From Malacoraja senta (taxonomy: Eukaryota), in contig CM075996.1 of assembly GCA_038087875.1 (NCBI GenBank), positions 6,326,001 to 6,390,000 on the forward strand: a stretch of DNA of 64,000 nucleotides, read 5' to 3'. The position numbers were made by a program, and so were the translations under genes. Numbering within the stretch: position 1 is the first letter of the stretch; each line of letters begins with the position of its first letter. Below, one piece after another: positions 38,296 through 52,119 of this stretch. The notes beneath the pieces are model-generated. The model had not been told where the DNA came from. It was given only the letters and a program-made list of their open reading frames with translations, and made no database searches.

Positions 38296-40489
38296 GTCAT
38301 TAGGTCATAAGTGACAGGGGCAGAATTAGGCCATTCGGCCCATCAAGTCTACTCCACCATTCAATCATGGCTGATCTATCTCATTCTCCTGCCTTCTCCC
38401 CATAACCCCTGACACCCGCACTAATCAAGAATCTATCCATCTCTGCTTTAAAAACATCCATCGACTTGGCCTCCACAGCCGTATGTGGCAAAGAATTCCA
38501 TAGATTCACTACCCTCTGACTAAAGAAGTCCCTCATCTCCCTAAAGGAATGTCCTTTAATTCTGAGGCTGACCTCTAGTCCTAGACTCTCCCACCAGTGG
38601 AAACATCCTCTCCACATCCACTCTATCCAGGCCTTTCACTATTCTGTACGTTTCAATGATGTTCCCCCCTCATCCTTCCAAACTCCAGCGAGTACAGGCC
38701 CAGTGCCATCAAACGCTCGTAAATGTACCCTGCCTATTGCCTTTGAACAGCTTCCCCCACCCCACCCCACCCACTGGTGCTGATGCAGTCAAGGCACCCA
38801 GATCTAAACCCAAAAAGGAGTGCAGAGGACAACTGAAGTTTTGCTCTGCAAAATATTTTCACTGGTTAACGAGGGGTCAGTATTTTGTCACAGCAGTGAT
38901 TTTAATTAGCATGAAAATTTAGCGGGCTGGGAAATGGATTATGTTTTCTGTTATGGTACACCAGTTAATGTGTTACAGCTGTCCGAGTCCTTGTGTGTAG
39001 TTTCAGTTAAGAAAGAGTGCAGTTATTGCTTTGATCTCGAACTAGTGTATTAAATGTGGAAGTAATCCTTCAACAATTGAATGCTTAACCATTTTGTGTC
39101 CCATCATATATTCTGATGATCAAATGAACACTCAATTCCTCGACTTGTAAGTTCTTGCTAGTGTGCGGGGATCGCTGGTCGGCACAGACTCGGTGGGCCG
39201 AAGGGCCTGCTTCCGCACTGTATCTCCAAACTCAACTAAACTTAGCAGCTGTGGAAGGGCAAATTCCAGTAAGTTTAAGCCATGCCGAATCGGGTTATTA
39301 ATGAACTTCAAGTTTGATGTTACCAGGAGATGTTGTAGCGGCAGATTTTTATATCGTTCAAGAGATTACTCCCTCTAGCCGCTAAGTGGACCACATGGTT
39401 AAGGAGAATGTCGTTATACGCATCCGAGCTTACCGTCAGAGCCCTTCAGATCTTATTCACAGATAAATCTTCATAACACAGTCTTTTGATTAATAGATTC
39501 TTTATTGTTGATGAAAAACAATAAGGTACATCCAAACTTCTTCCGACTCGTACACTTTCATCTTCATCGAACTCCAGCTTATCGCTTTAAAGGTTAGAAA
39601 ACTCCTCGTGTCTCCGATACACATGGTCAAAGGGTATGCCATCCCCATGCTGGTCCAAACCTAATCACTAAGCTCCTGCGCAAGAAACTTAGCTCCAAAC
39701 ACACCATACATACGTCATAAATCCCACCCACAATATAATGGGCAGTCTAAAATTTAAAGACACATGCCATCATCAATGACACACAAAACAAACCACTTGG
39801 TCCCCATCCAATTCTCCAGAGATGCTGCCTGTCCCGCTGAGTTGCTCCAGCGTTTTGTGCCTATCTTCAGTTTAAACCAGCATCTGCAGTTCCTTCCTAC
39901 ATAGGAAGCCATCCGTTTTACTCCAGTTAAGAGCTCTTGATATTCCACTACCCTTGTGGTGGTAAATTTTATTCTCGGTGCCTGCCTTTACACGACAGGT
40001 GGTGCCCATGATATAGGAATTGGTCGGTGTTTCCAGTATCTAGCAATGAGCATTTATTGCCGGAACACAGCTTGCTGCTTCCGCACAGTGCTGCTACCAA
40101 TTTTCAAAAGTTGGTTTCTGAGCCGAGCTTGAAGTTGAAAAAGGGGACCGGAATCAGGCAAAAATTCACAAGCTTATTGAGAGTCGTAAACAAATGTTCC
40201 AGGGAGTAAATAATGGAGACTGCAACATTACAAGGAGACATTAAAGAAAATACTGAAATCTTGTTCAAAAAAATGGTATTGGCGTATGATTGTCACTTGC
40301 ACCGAGATGCAATGAAAAGCTTTCCAGTCAAAGACATACATGAGTACAATCACAAGACGACTTTAGATATTCAGTACAGAAACAGGCCCGTTAGCTCACG
40401 AGTCCACGCCGACCTGTGATCACCTCGTACACTAGCACTTTCCTACACACTAAGGATAATTTACAGATTTTACCAAGCAAACCCAAGTT

Positions 40490-41085
40490 CAAGTTCAAGT
40501 GAGTTTATTGTCATGTGTCCCTGATAGGACAATGAAATTCTTGCTTTGCTTCAGCACAACAGAATATGGTAGGCATTGACTACAAAACAGATCAGTGTGT
40601 CCATATACCCTTCTATAAATATATACACACATGAATCAATACACTGATAAAGTGCAAATAACAGTTAATTGGCTAATAAAGTTCAGTGTTTTGTCCGAGC
40701 CAGGTTTAATAGCCTGATGGCTGTGGGGAAGTAGCTATTCCTGAACCTGGTCGTTGCAGTCTTCAGGCTCCTGTACCTTCTACCTGAAGGTAGTGGGGAG
40801 ATGAGTGTGTGGCCAGGATGGTGTGGGTCCTTGATGATACTGCCAGCCTTTTTGAGGCAGCGACTGTGATAGATCCCCTCGATGGAAGGGAGGTCAGAGC
40901 CGATGATGGACTGGGCAGTGTTTACTACTTTTTGTAGTCTTTTCCTCTCCAGGGCGCTCAAGTTGCTGAACCAAGCCACGATGCAACCGGTCAGCATGCT
41001 CTCTACTGTGCACCTGTAGAAATTAGAGAGAGTCCTCCTTGACAAACCGACTCTCCGTAATCTTCTCAGGAAGTAGAGGCGCTGA
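40490..41085 (-). mobile_element. Rex1/Babar-clade LINE 3' fragment
   Basis: QRLYFLRRLRR...FYRCTVES.LTGCI..W...HPGH.L...LPSGRRYRS...RFRNSYFP; (TTGAAC)n tail. Related pieces ~23440-23910, 41270-41690, 43590-44020. Confidence 0.82.
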
Positions 41086-41719
41086 TGTGACTTGTACGTC
41101 TTTGGAGTGTGGGAGGAAACCGGAGCCCCTGGAGAAAACCCACCCTGGTCCCTGGCGCTGTGAGGTGGCAACTCTACCTCTGACCCAATGTGCCGCCCCT
41201 CTACAACAGTTAAGTGTGAAGAGAAAAATACTGGAGACCAGGAGATGGTATCACAGTATAACAGTGTTACAGTTAGAAGGTGCAGTTGTGAAACAGGTTC
41301 TAGGGCCACAATGAGGTAGGTTGAGAGATTGGGATTGCATCCTTGGCTTGTGAGAGAACCGTTCAGTAGCCTGACAACAGTAGGGAAGAAGCTGTTCCAG
41401 AATCGGGTACTAGTACGCGCTTTCAGGCGTTTATATTTTTGCCTGATGGGAGAGAGAAAAGGGAATGACTGGGGTGTACATGGTCCTTGATTATGTTGGC
41501 TGCTTTCCCGAGTCCGTGTGTAGTGTTGATGGAGTCGACGGAGGGAGCGAAAGAAAGAGTGGTTTTTTGATCAACATCTGCAACTCTGCAATTCCTTGCG
41601 GTCTTGACAGAGTTGCTGCCAAGCTGTGATTTATCCCGATAGGATGCCTTCCACTGTGCATCTTTACGAGGCATGCTGTTGGTGTGCTGTACTTTCAATG
41701 TGGTTGGCCCAAACAAATT

Positions 41720-42362
41720 GTAGACAATAGGTGCAGGAGTAGGCATTTCGGCCCTTCGAACCAGCTATTCAATGTGATCATGGCTGATCATCCACAATCA
41801 GTACCCCGTTCCTGCCTTCTCCCCATATCCCCTGACTCCGCTATCTTTAAGAGCCCTATCTAGCTCTCTCTTGAAAGTATCCAGAGAACCGGCCTCCACT
41901 GCACTCTATGAGGCAGAGAATTCCACAGACTCACAACTCTCTGTGTGAAAAAAGTGTTTCCTCATCTCCGTTCTAAATGGCTTACCCCTTATTCTTAAAC
42001 TGTGGCCCTAGGTTCTGGACTCTCCCAACATCGGGAACATGTTTCTTGCCTCTAGCGTGTCCAAACCCTTAATAATCTTATGTTTCAATAAGATAGCCTC
42101 TCATCCTTCTAAACTCCAGAGTATACAGGCCCAGCCGCTCCATTCTCTCAGCATCTGACAGTCCCGCCATCCTGGGAATTAATCTCGTGAACCTACGCTG
42201 CACTCCCTCAATAGCAAGAATGTCCTTCCTCAAATTAGGGGACCAAAACTACACACAATACTCCAGGTGTGGTCTCACTAGGGACCCTGTACAACTGCAG
42301 TAGGGCCTCTTTGCTCCTAGACTCAACTCCTCTTGTTATGAAGGCCAACATGCCATTAGCAT
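41720..42362 (-). mobile_element. CR1/HER1 LINE 3' fragment
   Basis: RT C-terminal region (LYR.LVRPHLEY-like) through the 3' tail. Confidence 0.85.
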
Positions 42363-45300
42363 TTTGGTGAAAACAAGAAAAAAAAGTGCTGGAGTAACTC
42401 GGTGGGTCTGGCAGCATTTCTGGAGAACGTGGGTAGCTGAAGTTTTGGGTCGAGACACTTCTTCAGACTGGTGGAACATAAACTTCCCTGCCATTGGGCA
42501 TAAGTAGAGCTCGTCAATGATTGTTGGCAAGAATCGTGAGAGATTTTACCTCAGACCTGAATTTATATAAATGATGGTATAAAATAAACCGAGTCAAAAT
42601 CAGTCCAGAAAGAATAATTATAATATATCTTAAAGGGAAAACAATATGATATTTGGGCTCCCATTTATATGACCATAAAGGGGGAACTCATCCTGATCAG
42701 GAGAAAACAGATAGGGTGTGTAGGAAGAAACTGCAGATGCTGGTTTACACTAAAGATGGACTCAAAATGTTGGAGTAACTCAGCGGGTCAGGCAGCATCC
42801 ATGGAGAAAAGGAATGGGGTGACGTTTCGGGTCGAGACCCTTCGTCACGGGATCGAGCTCTAGGGGCTAGTGGAGTCAAGGGATATGGGGAGAAGGCAGG
42901 CACGGGTTATTGATAGGGGACGATCAGCCATGATCACAATGAATGGCGGTGCTGGCTCGAAGGGCCGAATGGCTTCCTGCACCTATTTTCTATGTTTCTA
43001 TGTCAGACTGAGAGTCTGTACCTACTGAGTAGCAGTAACCGACTGAGACCCTGACTCTCAGTCTGAAGAAGGGTCTCGACCCAAAACATCACCCATTCTC
43101 ACTCTCCAGAGATGCTTGCCTATCCTGCTGAGTTACTCCAGCACTTTGTGAAAATAGACTGGGGGTGGACAATGTGGACAAGCATTGCTTTTATAATTTA
43201 TTTTAAACTTGTTTTACGCTCGCCTTAACTTGAAAGGTTTCCTGTGCAAAACAATGGAGATAGTTGAGAGTAGGCAAGACTTTTGCAGGGGTTTTCTGTC
43301 TGGAGCCTGCTGGAAATCGTGTGTGATCCCTGAGATATGCTGTCCCTTTCCTGCTCAGTGGGGCCCTCTAGTGTACAACGCGAGCTCTGCAGCAGCAAGC
43401 AAATTGAAAAGAATAGTCTGTATTCTACATGTCAAAGGCACTCTGATGGAACCTTTTGTGCAGGAAGGAACTGCAGATGCTGGTTTAAACCGAGGATCGA
43501 CTCAAAATGCCGGAGTAACTCAGCGGGACAGGCAGCATCTCTGGAGAGAAGGAATTGATGAAGTTTCAGGTCGAGACCCTTCTTCAAGTAAGTAAGTAAG
43601 TTTATTGGCCAAGTATTCACATACAAGGAATTTGCCTTGGTGCTCCGCCCACAAGTGACAACATGACATGCAGTGACAGTTACGAATGACTCAGAAAACA
43701 CTAACCATTAATAATAATGAAACATTAATGATAAAACACCATTGATCAAGCATGTGAACCAACAAAATACCAGATCAAAGGGAGGCTACAGATTTTTGAC
43801 TGTTGAGTAGAGCAACTACTCGTGGATAAAAACTGTTTTTATGTTTGGCTGTGGCAGCTTTGACAGCCCGGAGTCGCCTTCCGGAGGGAAGTGATTCAAA
43901 GAGTTTGTGGCCAGGGTGAGAGGGGTCAGAGATGATCTTGCCCGCTCGCTTCCTGGCCATTGCAGTGTACAGTTCGTCAATGGAGGGAAGGTTGCAGCCA
44001 ATAACCTTCTCAGCTGATCGGACAGCAATTCTACCGAAGCAGCGTGTGTGTGTGTTTGTTCAATATACATTCTGTAATTTGCAGCTACAAACATCTGAAT
44101 TGAGTTTGCTATGGAGTTACAGGGTTGGGAATCAAACCTGTAAATGACATGCAAGATGGAAATCTATGGCACTGGATAATTTCTGGACTGCCTGGTCTTC
44201 AAGTCACTTTATTTGTCACATACACATACAAGATGTACAGTGAAATGAAGGTGCCAATGCTTGCAGGATTTTGCAAAACAACAGAATAGAACAGAACCAG
44301 TATTTACATTAAAAAAAAGAAGACACAACAGTATTTACGCCCTGGTGAGATCAGAGTCTGATGGCCTGTGGGAAGAAACTTCAGAGAGTCTCCTGCACTC
44401 TCTACACTTGTCCCTGATTTCTAGCTGATGTTTTTGCGGAGGGGGGAAAAAAACAACGTGGCAAGACTTTAAGTGGGGCCACAAAGAAATGCAGGTGGTG
44501 GAAGGAGTGTCAGGGGTTATGGGGAGAAGGCAGGAGAATGGGGTTGAGAGGGAAGGACAGATCAGCCTTGACTGAATGGTGGAGTAGACTTAATGGGCCG
44601 AATGGCCTAATTCTGCTCCTAGAATTTATGAATCTAAGTGGGTCTCAGTGTGTGTCTGGCAGTAACTGTCGAAGAATTGTTTAAGAAGGAACTGCAGATG
44701 CTGGAAAATCGAAGGTAGACAAAAGTGCTGGAGAAACTGAGCGGGTGCAGCAGCATCTATGGAGCGAAGGAATTAGGCAACGTTTCGGGCCAAAACGTTG
44801 CCTATCTCCTTCGCTCCATAGATGCTGCTGCACCCGCTGAGTTTCTCCAGCACTTTTGTCTACCAGTAACTGTTCAAGGATTGAATAGGCAACTTTTTGG
44901 TTCGGGACCCTTCCTCAGGCTGTCTGTAGAGGGTCCCGACCCGGACTGTCGCCTGCCCTTTCCTTCCACAGATGCTGACAGACCCGCTGAGTTACTCCGG
45001 CACTTTGTGTTTCACCAAAGATTTAAAGTAGCTGTCAGTGGGATTAGAGGGGAGAAGAAGAGAGGTGGGAGGAGGAATATCTGCAGTGTAGGAGTTGGCT
45101 TTCACTCACTGCCTGAACGTGTAACAAACATCAAACCCTGATCATTACGACACAGTTACTTACTGGAGGTCAGGCCTTCTGCCGTAAATGGGGATAAGGC
45201 TCGGTCACACTTTATTACCTGGGGTAGACTCGATGGGCAGAGTGGCCTTGTTTACAAATTACCCGTGATTCTAAAGATAGGCTCAAAGTGCTGGAGCAAC

Positions 45301-48300
45301 TCAGCGGGTCAGTCAGCATCTCTGGAGAAAAGGAATAGGGAATATTTCTGGTCAGGACCCTTCTTTGGACTAAGGGGCCCAACCCAAAATGTTACCTGTG
45401 CCTTTACTCCAGAGATGCTGCCTGAGCCGCTGAGTTCCTCCGGCATTTTGTGCCTATTTTCGGTGTAAACCAGCATCTGCAGTTCATATGATCAGCCATG
45501 ATCATATTGAATGGCGGTGCAGGCTCGAAGGGCCGAATGGCCTACTCCTGCACCTATTTTCTATGTATCTATGTATCTATGTTCCTTCCTACACATATCT
45601 GATCTTATAGAGGTGTACAAGATCATGAAAGGAATAGATCAGGTAGACGCACAGAGTCTCTTGCCCAGAGTAGGGGAATCAAGAACCAGAGGACATAGGT
45701 TTGTTTAAGGTGAGGGGGGGGGAAAGATTTAAAAGGAACCTGAGGGGTAACTTTTTTACGCAAAGGGTGGTGGGTGTATGGAATGAGCCGCCGGAGGAGG
45801 TAGTTGAGGCAGGTTCTATTGCAATGTTTAAGAAACATTTAGGCAGGTACATGGATAGGACAGGTTTAGAGGAATACGGGCCAAACGTGGGCAGGTGAGA
45901 CTAGTGTAGATGGGACATGTTGGCCGGTGCGGGCAAGTTGGGCTGAAGGGCCTGTTTCCACACTGTATCACTCTAACACTGTATCAATGATTCTATGTCA
46001 GAGCAGGGCCACCTCTGCTCGACGCACAGACCAAGCTGCTGGGGAAACTGTCTGAGTTGCTGAGTTTCTCCAGTTGCACGTCTGCCACCCCAGATGCCAG
46101 CGACTGCAGTCTCTCATTTGTCTCCATTTCCACCTCGCGACACATTCCAGCGCAGCGCAGGCACCTCATACTTCGCTTGGGCAGCTTACAACCCAGCGTT
46201 ACGAATATTGATTTCTCTACCTTCAAGTGGACCCTGCATCCCCTCTCGCTAGTTGTCGCACTAGTTTCTCTGTGGTCCTGTTGAGTTTCTTTCTCTACAT
46301 AACTCGTTATCATCCAGCCCACAGCCAACAATGGACCATTGTGGGCTCCACTTTTCCTTGATCATCTTTACTATTTTGCATACCTTTCATTCATTTGTTC
46401 TACATCTCTCTACACCATCTATATCTGTCGTTTCCCTCTCTCCTGACTCTCAGTCTGAAGAAGGGTCTCGACCCGAAACGTCACCCACCACTTCTCTCCA
46501 GAGATGCTGCCTGACCCGCTGAGTTACTCCAGCACTTTGTGTCATACTTTCCTTCCTCTCCCAATTGACTGCATATCCGCGGAGATTGCCCTGAGCTTCC
46601 GTTACGCTCCGTCGCAGAGTCACTGTTGTGGATAAACCTGTTGACTGCAACGTCACTCTTGAGAGATGTTTCCAAAACAACACAGCCCTGCCTGCCAGGC
46701 ACAGCCTCCAGCTCTAGACTCACCTGCTGCTCTACACATAGTAAACACCTCCTGGTCCCAACCTGTTGTCAGGGTCACTGGCTCTCACTCAACACCTCCC
46801 GCAAGACTTCACAGACGGCTGTGGAGGCCAAGTCCATGGTTATTTTTAAGGCAGATATAGATTGGTTGTTGATCAGTACGGGTATCAGGGGTTATGGGGG
46901 GGAAGGCAGGAGAATGGGGTTAGGAGGGAGAGATAGATCAGGCTTGATTGAATGGCGGAGTAGACTTGATAGGCCGAATGGCCTAATTCTGCTCCTATCA
47001 TGTACAAACTGCACCACATCACCTCAGCTCCCAGCCACCAAGTTACTCTGCTTGATGGCAAAATCGTCAATCTTCTTAGACTCGTAGAGTCATACAGCGC
47101 GGAAACAGGCCCTTTGGCCCAATTTGCCCACACGACCTACAAGCCGCATCTACACTAGTCCCACCTGCCCGTCTTTGGCCCAGATCCTTCTAAGCCTGTC
47201 CTATCCATGTATCTGTCTAATTGCTGCTTAAGCATTGGGATAGTCCCTGCCTCAACGACCTCCTCTGGCAGCTCGTTCTATACGCCCACCACCCTTTGTG
47301 TAAAAAAAGTTACTCCTCAGGCTCCTATTAAATTGTTCCCCCCCTCACCTTAAACCTATGCCCTCTGGTTCTCGATTTCCCCTACTCTGGGTAAGAGACT
47401 CTGTGTGTCTACCCGATCTATTCCTCTCATGATTTTGTACACCTCTAGTGATGGTGTGCGGGGATTGCTGGTCAGTGGTTACTCGGTGGGCCGAAGGGCC
47501 TGTTTCCGGGTTGTATCTCTAAACTAAACTAAACTAAACATCCTTCCGATAATGCAAAACTGAACACAGAGGTGTACAAACTCTAAATATGGCCTCACCA
47601 ACGTCTTATATAACTTCAACATGACCTCCCAACTTCTATACTCAATATGCTGATGAATTTCTGTGTTGTATCTCTCTGTGACTATGAGATGCATTTGAGC
47701 AAATTGAAGAAATACTTTATCCAAGTGGGGACTTGACTGGTTTGCTTCGTTGACAAGGAAGTTTCTTTGTGTCAGTGTAAGCTGAGAATGGCCTGAGGAG
47801 GGGTGGTATGAGAAAGGGTGTGAGTGAGGCTTTTGTGGTGAATCAATTATCTTTGCTCCAAGCCTCCTCCAGCCTAGGCCGGGCCCGTGATGAAACTTAG
47901 TGGTTTGGGTGAGAGAATGATTAATAGGAGCAGAATTGGGCCATTCGGCCCATCAAGCCTACTCCGCCATTCAAAGGCGGCTAATCCATCTCTCCCTCCT
48001 AACCCCATTCTCCTGCCTTCTCCCCATAAACCCTTGATGCCCGTGCTAATATCCTGCTCCCTCAGAGCAAGAGTGGGCACGGTGATGGAGCCAGTAACTG
48101 AAGGCGCAGTGTTGGCTGCGTCCGATGTAAGATCAGGTACAAAGTGAGGACACGAGATTATTTAATATCTCAAACTACTGCAGTGAATCCTCAAGGGAGG
48201 CCCAGTGGGCACTTTGAACCATTTCCGCACTTGCTGTTAATCTGGGCCAACCTGAATGATAGCTCTTCCTTCGTTTCGAACGTTGTTTTTTGAAATGTAT

Positions 48301-48736
48301 GAGTGCACTACGTGAACAGCTCATTAATTGACCTGTCAGTTCTGGACGTGTCAATGCATTTAAACACAGACATTTCCTTCATAACAACGGGCGCGTTTAC
48401 TGGATTATGCAGTTGGGTGGATTGAAAACAACAAACGAGAAGGCACAAAGAGCTAGAGTAACTCAGCAGGTCAGGCAACATCTCTGGAGAAAAGGAATTG
48501 GTGACGATTCGGGTTGAGACCCTTCATCAGACGACACTAGCATCTGAAGTTCCCTCCGACACATAAAAGTTTATAGTTTAGTTTAGAGATACAGTGCGGA
48601 ACCATGCCCTTCGACCCACCGAGTCCGCACCGACCAGTGATCCCCACACGCTAACACCATCCTATACACAATGGGGACAATTTTACAATCATAGAAACAT
48701 AGAAAACATGGCTGATCTATCTCTCCCAACCCCATT

Positions 48737-49340
48737 AGAAACATAGAAACATAGAAAATAGGTGCAGGAGGAGGCCATTCGGCCCTTCGAGCCAGCACCG
48801 GCATTCATTGTGATCATGGCTGATCGTCCCCTATCAATAACCCGTGCCTGCCTTCTCCCCATATCCCTTGACTCCACTAGCCCCTAGAGCTCTATCTAAC
48901 TCTCTCTTAAATCCATCCAGTGACTTGGCCTCCACTGCCCTCTGTGGCAGGGAATTCCACAAATTGCACAACTCTCTGGGTGAAAAAGTTTTTTTCTAAC
49001 CTCAATCTTAAATGGCCTCCCCTTTATTCTAAGACTGTGGCCCCTGGTTCTGGACTCACCCCAACATTGGGAACATTTTTCCTGCATCTAGCTTGTCCAG
49101 TCCTTTTATAGTTTTATATGTTTCTGTAAGATTCCCCCTCATCCTTCTAAACTCCAAGCCTAGTCTTTTCAATCTTTCCTCATATGACAGTCCCGCCATC
49201 CCAGGGATCAATCTCGTGAACCTACGCTGCACTGCCTCAATCACAAGGATGTCCTTCCTCAAATTAGGAGACCAAAACTGTACACAATACTCCAGATGTG
49301 GTCTCACCAGAGCCCTACACAACTGCAGAAGAACCTCTTT
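48737..49340 (-). mobile_element. CR1/HER1 LINE 3' fragment inserted into an HE1 SINE
   Basis: ORF KEVLLQLCRALVRPHLEYCVQFWSP; SINE halves at ~48575-48690 and ~49345-49535. Confidence 0.85.
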
Positions 49341-52119
49341 ACTCATGCCAAGCTAATTATCCTACAATTCTGTGCACCTTTGGAATGTGGGAGGAAACCG
49401 GAGATCTTGGAGAAAACCCACGCAAGTCACAGGGAGAACGTACAAACTCCATATAGACAGCACCCGTGGTCGGGATCGAACCCGGGTCTTTGGCGCTGTA
49501 AAGCAGCAACTCTACCGCTGCGCCACCATGCCGCTTTAATCGGACATTACTGGACTTTATCTGGCACTAAAAGTTATTCCTTTTATCATTTATCTGTACA
49601 CTGTGGACGGCTCGATTGTAATCATGTATAATTCTTTCCGCTGACTGGTTAGCACACAACAAAAAGCTTTTCACTGTACCTTGGTACATGAGTCAATAAA
49701 CTAAACAAAACTACTGATCTTAAGCACCCGGGCCTCTGCTCCTTCTCTGCGCCAGTTCCCCATTCCCCTCTGTTCTCTGATCTTTCGACAATGTACCTGC
49801 TTCGTTCAGTATCCCCAGTGCTTTGGGCTTCACAAACCTTCAGGCCTGCAAATCCCAGAGACTCGGCATGCATGGAGAAAGGGTGCATTTGTTTGCTTGA
49901 TCGTTCGACTGCTGAGCCCTCTCTCCGCCTGTGCGGTGCCCGCAGGCAAGGATCAATCTGGGAATAGGACTTCAACCCAAACGCTAAAGCCACCAAAGCA
50001 CAGCGACCTCCTTCCTCCAAGCCCTGCATCTCCTGCACCCCAGCTAGATATCGCAGCCAAGACCAAAGATGCTCTATAATCTTTGGCCAAGACAGAGACC
50101 AGAACAAGAGGCAGGCTCTTCCTGAAACCGACATGGGCGGTCACAGTGGCACAGCGGTAGAGTTCCCGCCTTACAGCGCTTGCAGCACCGGAGACCCCGG
50201 TTCGATCCCGACTACTGGTGCTTGTCTGTACGGAGTTTGTATCTTCTCCCCTTGACCGTGTGGGTTTTCTCTGAGATCTTCGGTTTCCTCCCACAAAGAC
50301 GTGCGGGTATGTAGGTTAATTGGCTTGGTGTCTGTGTAAATTGTCCCTAGTGTGTGTAGGACAGTGTTAATATGCGGGGATAGCTGGTCAGTGCAGACTC
50401 GATGGGCCGAAGGGCCTATTTCCGCGCTGTATCTCTAAGCTAAACTAAACTAAACTCATCTGACATTTCATAGAAACATAGAAAATAGGTGCAAGAGTGG
50501 GCCATTCGGCCCTTCGAGCCAGTACCACCATTCAATATGATCGTGGCTGATCATACCCCGTTCCTGCTTTCTCCCCATATCCCTTGACTCCGTTAGCCCT
50601 CGGAGCTAAATCTAACTCTCTCTTGAAAACATCCAGTGAATTGGCCTCCACTGCCTTCTGTGGGGCTCTGAATCCTTTCCTTCACTCCCCCTTCGTCGAT
50701 CACCGTGCGAGGTTAAGGCAACAGCTCCTCAACATGACACGGCTTCCTTAACTTTGGTGCCGCTGTGGGGTTGGGATGTGTCGTGGACTTCTGTGTTTGT
50801 TCTTTTTTGTAAATCCTGATTTTATTTATTTATTTATCTATTTATTATTTATTTATTTATTATTTTTGTAACATGACTGTAAGGAAAATCCATTTCGTTG
50901 TCTCTTATGAGCTAATGACAATAAATTGAATACAAAAAATACAACAAATATATATATCCAGTGGGACTTTATAGCAGCGATACAGTTGAAACCCCAAACC
51001 ATTGATTGTACTCGCAAGCCGGCTGCCTGCCCCTTTTCCAGGGATTACGTCCGCGCCGGGTGGCACGAGGGAACGGCCTCACGCTGCCCACGGGCGCCCT
51101 GGGGGGTTTCGGGGGACCGCTGGGCACCGCGGGGGGGATGGAATGCATCCTCAATAAGGATGGGGAAATATAGAGTTGCACTTTAGTTTATTCTGTATTT
51201 GAGGATATTTGCTTTACTCTGCATTATGGTGGTGGGTTTGTTTGTATCCTTGTACTTACTGTACATATCATTTTTGTAAATAATTGATTAAAATGGTTAA
51301 GATGCGAATGGCGATTAAACCATCGTTAATTATCAACCAGGCTACTGTTGAATCCGCCAGTGATGAAACCACAACCTTCCCCACAGAGGAGAGGGCATCA
51401 ATGGACCTCGCTGTAACTGGGCGACTGGGCAACTTAAAACAGACCTCGGCTCTAATCAACATTTGTGGGGGGGGGGGAGGGTTACCGTGGTGACCAGATT
51501 TAGTGATCAAAGGCAGGTTAATACCAAAATAAACAGACGAGACTCAGTGGTCTGTGACCGTGTGGAATGATTAACTGAGAATATAAATGAGGCGCGTGAT
51601 GCGTGATGCACAATTTGGAAATGGATGTGTCATGGGCTCAGGCGGGCCCTTCTCTCTCCTGCCCCACTAACACGGCGCTCTGGCTATTTCCCTTCACCCA
51701 CCTGTAGCCAGTACTCGCCCCACCGCACTCAATGAAAGGCCTGGATAGAGTGGATGTGGAGAGGATGTTTCTGCTGGTGGGAGGGTCTAGGACCAGAGGT
51801 CGCAGCCTCAGAATTAAAGGGCGCTCTTTTAGAAAGGAGGTGAGCAGGGACTTCTTTAGTCAGAGGGTGGTGAATCTGTGGAACTCATTGCCACAGATGG
51901 CCGTGGAGGCCAACCAGTGGATAGTTTTAAGGCAGGTTGTTGATTAGAACGGGTGTCAAGGGTTTATGGGGAGAAGGCAGGAAAATGGGATTAGGTGGCA
52001 GAGACCCAGCCATGATTGAATGGCGGAGTAGACTCGATGGGCCAAATGGCCTGATTCTATGACTTGTGAACTTGTACAAGCTCGATAGAGTTTTCTGTGA
52101 CATGCCGAATCTCCTCAAA

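Noticed and set aside
40683..41309. 208-aa ORF as a host gene
   Set aside because: Chimeric read-through of an HE1 fragment into the C-terminus of a Rex1/Babar LINE ORF.
43209..43595. Recurrent short ORFs with RNCRCW/KCWSNSAGQAASLE peptides as a protein family
   Set aside because: They are translations of the non-coding PLE terminal repeat.
48066..48136. Possible plus-strand exon (ARVGTVMEPVTEGAVLAASDVRS)
   Set aside because: Acceptor abuts a CR1 tail, donor is weak, no homology and no partner exons.
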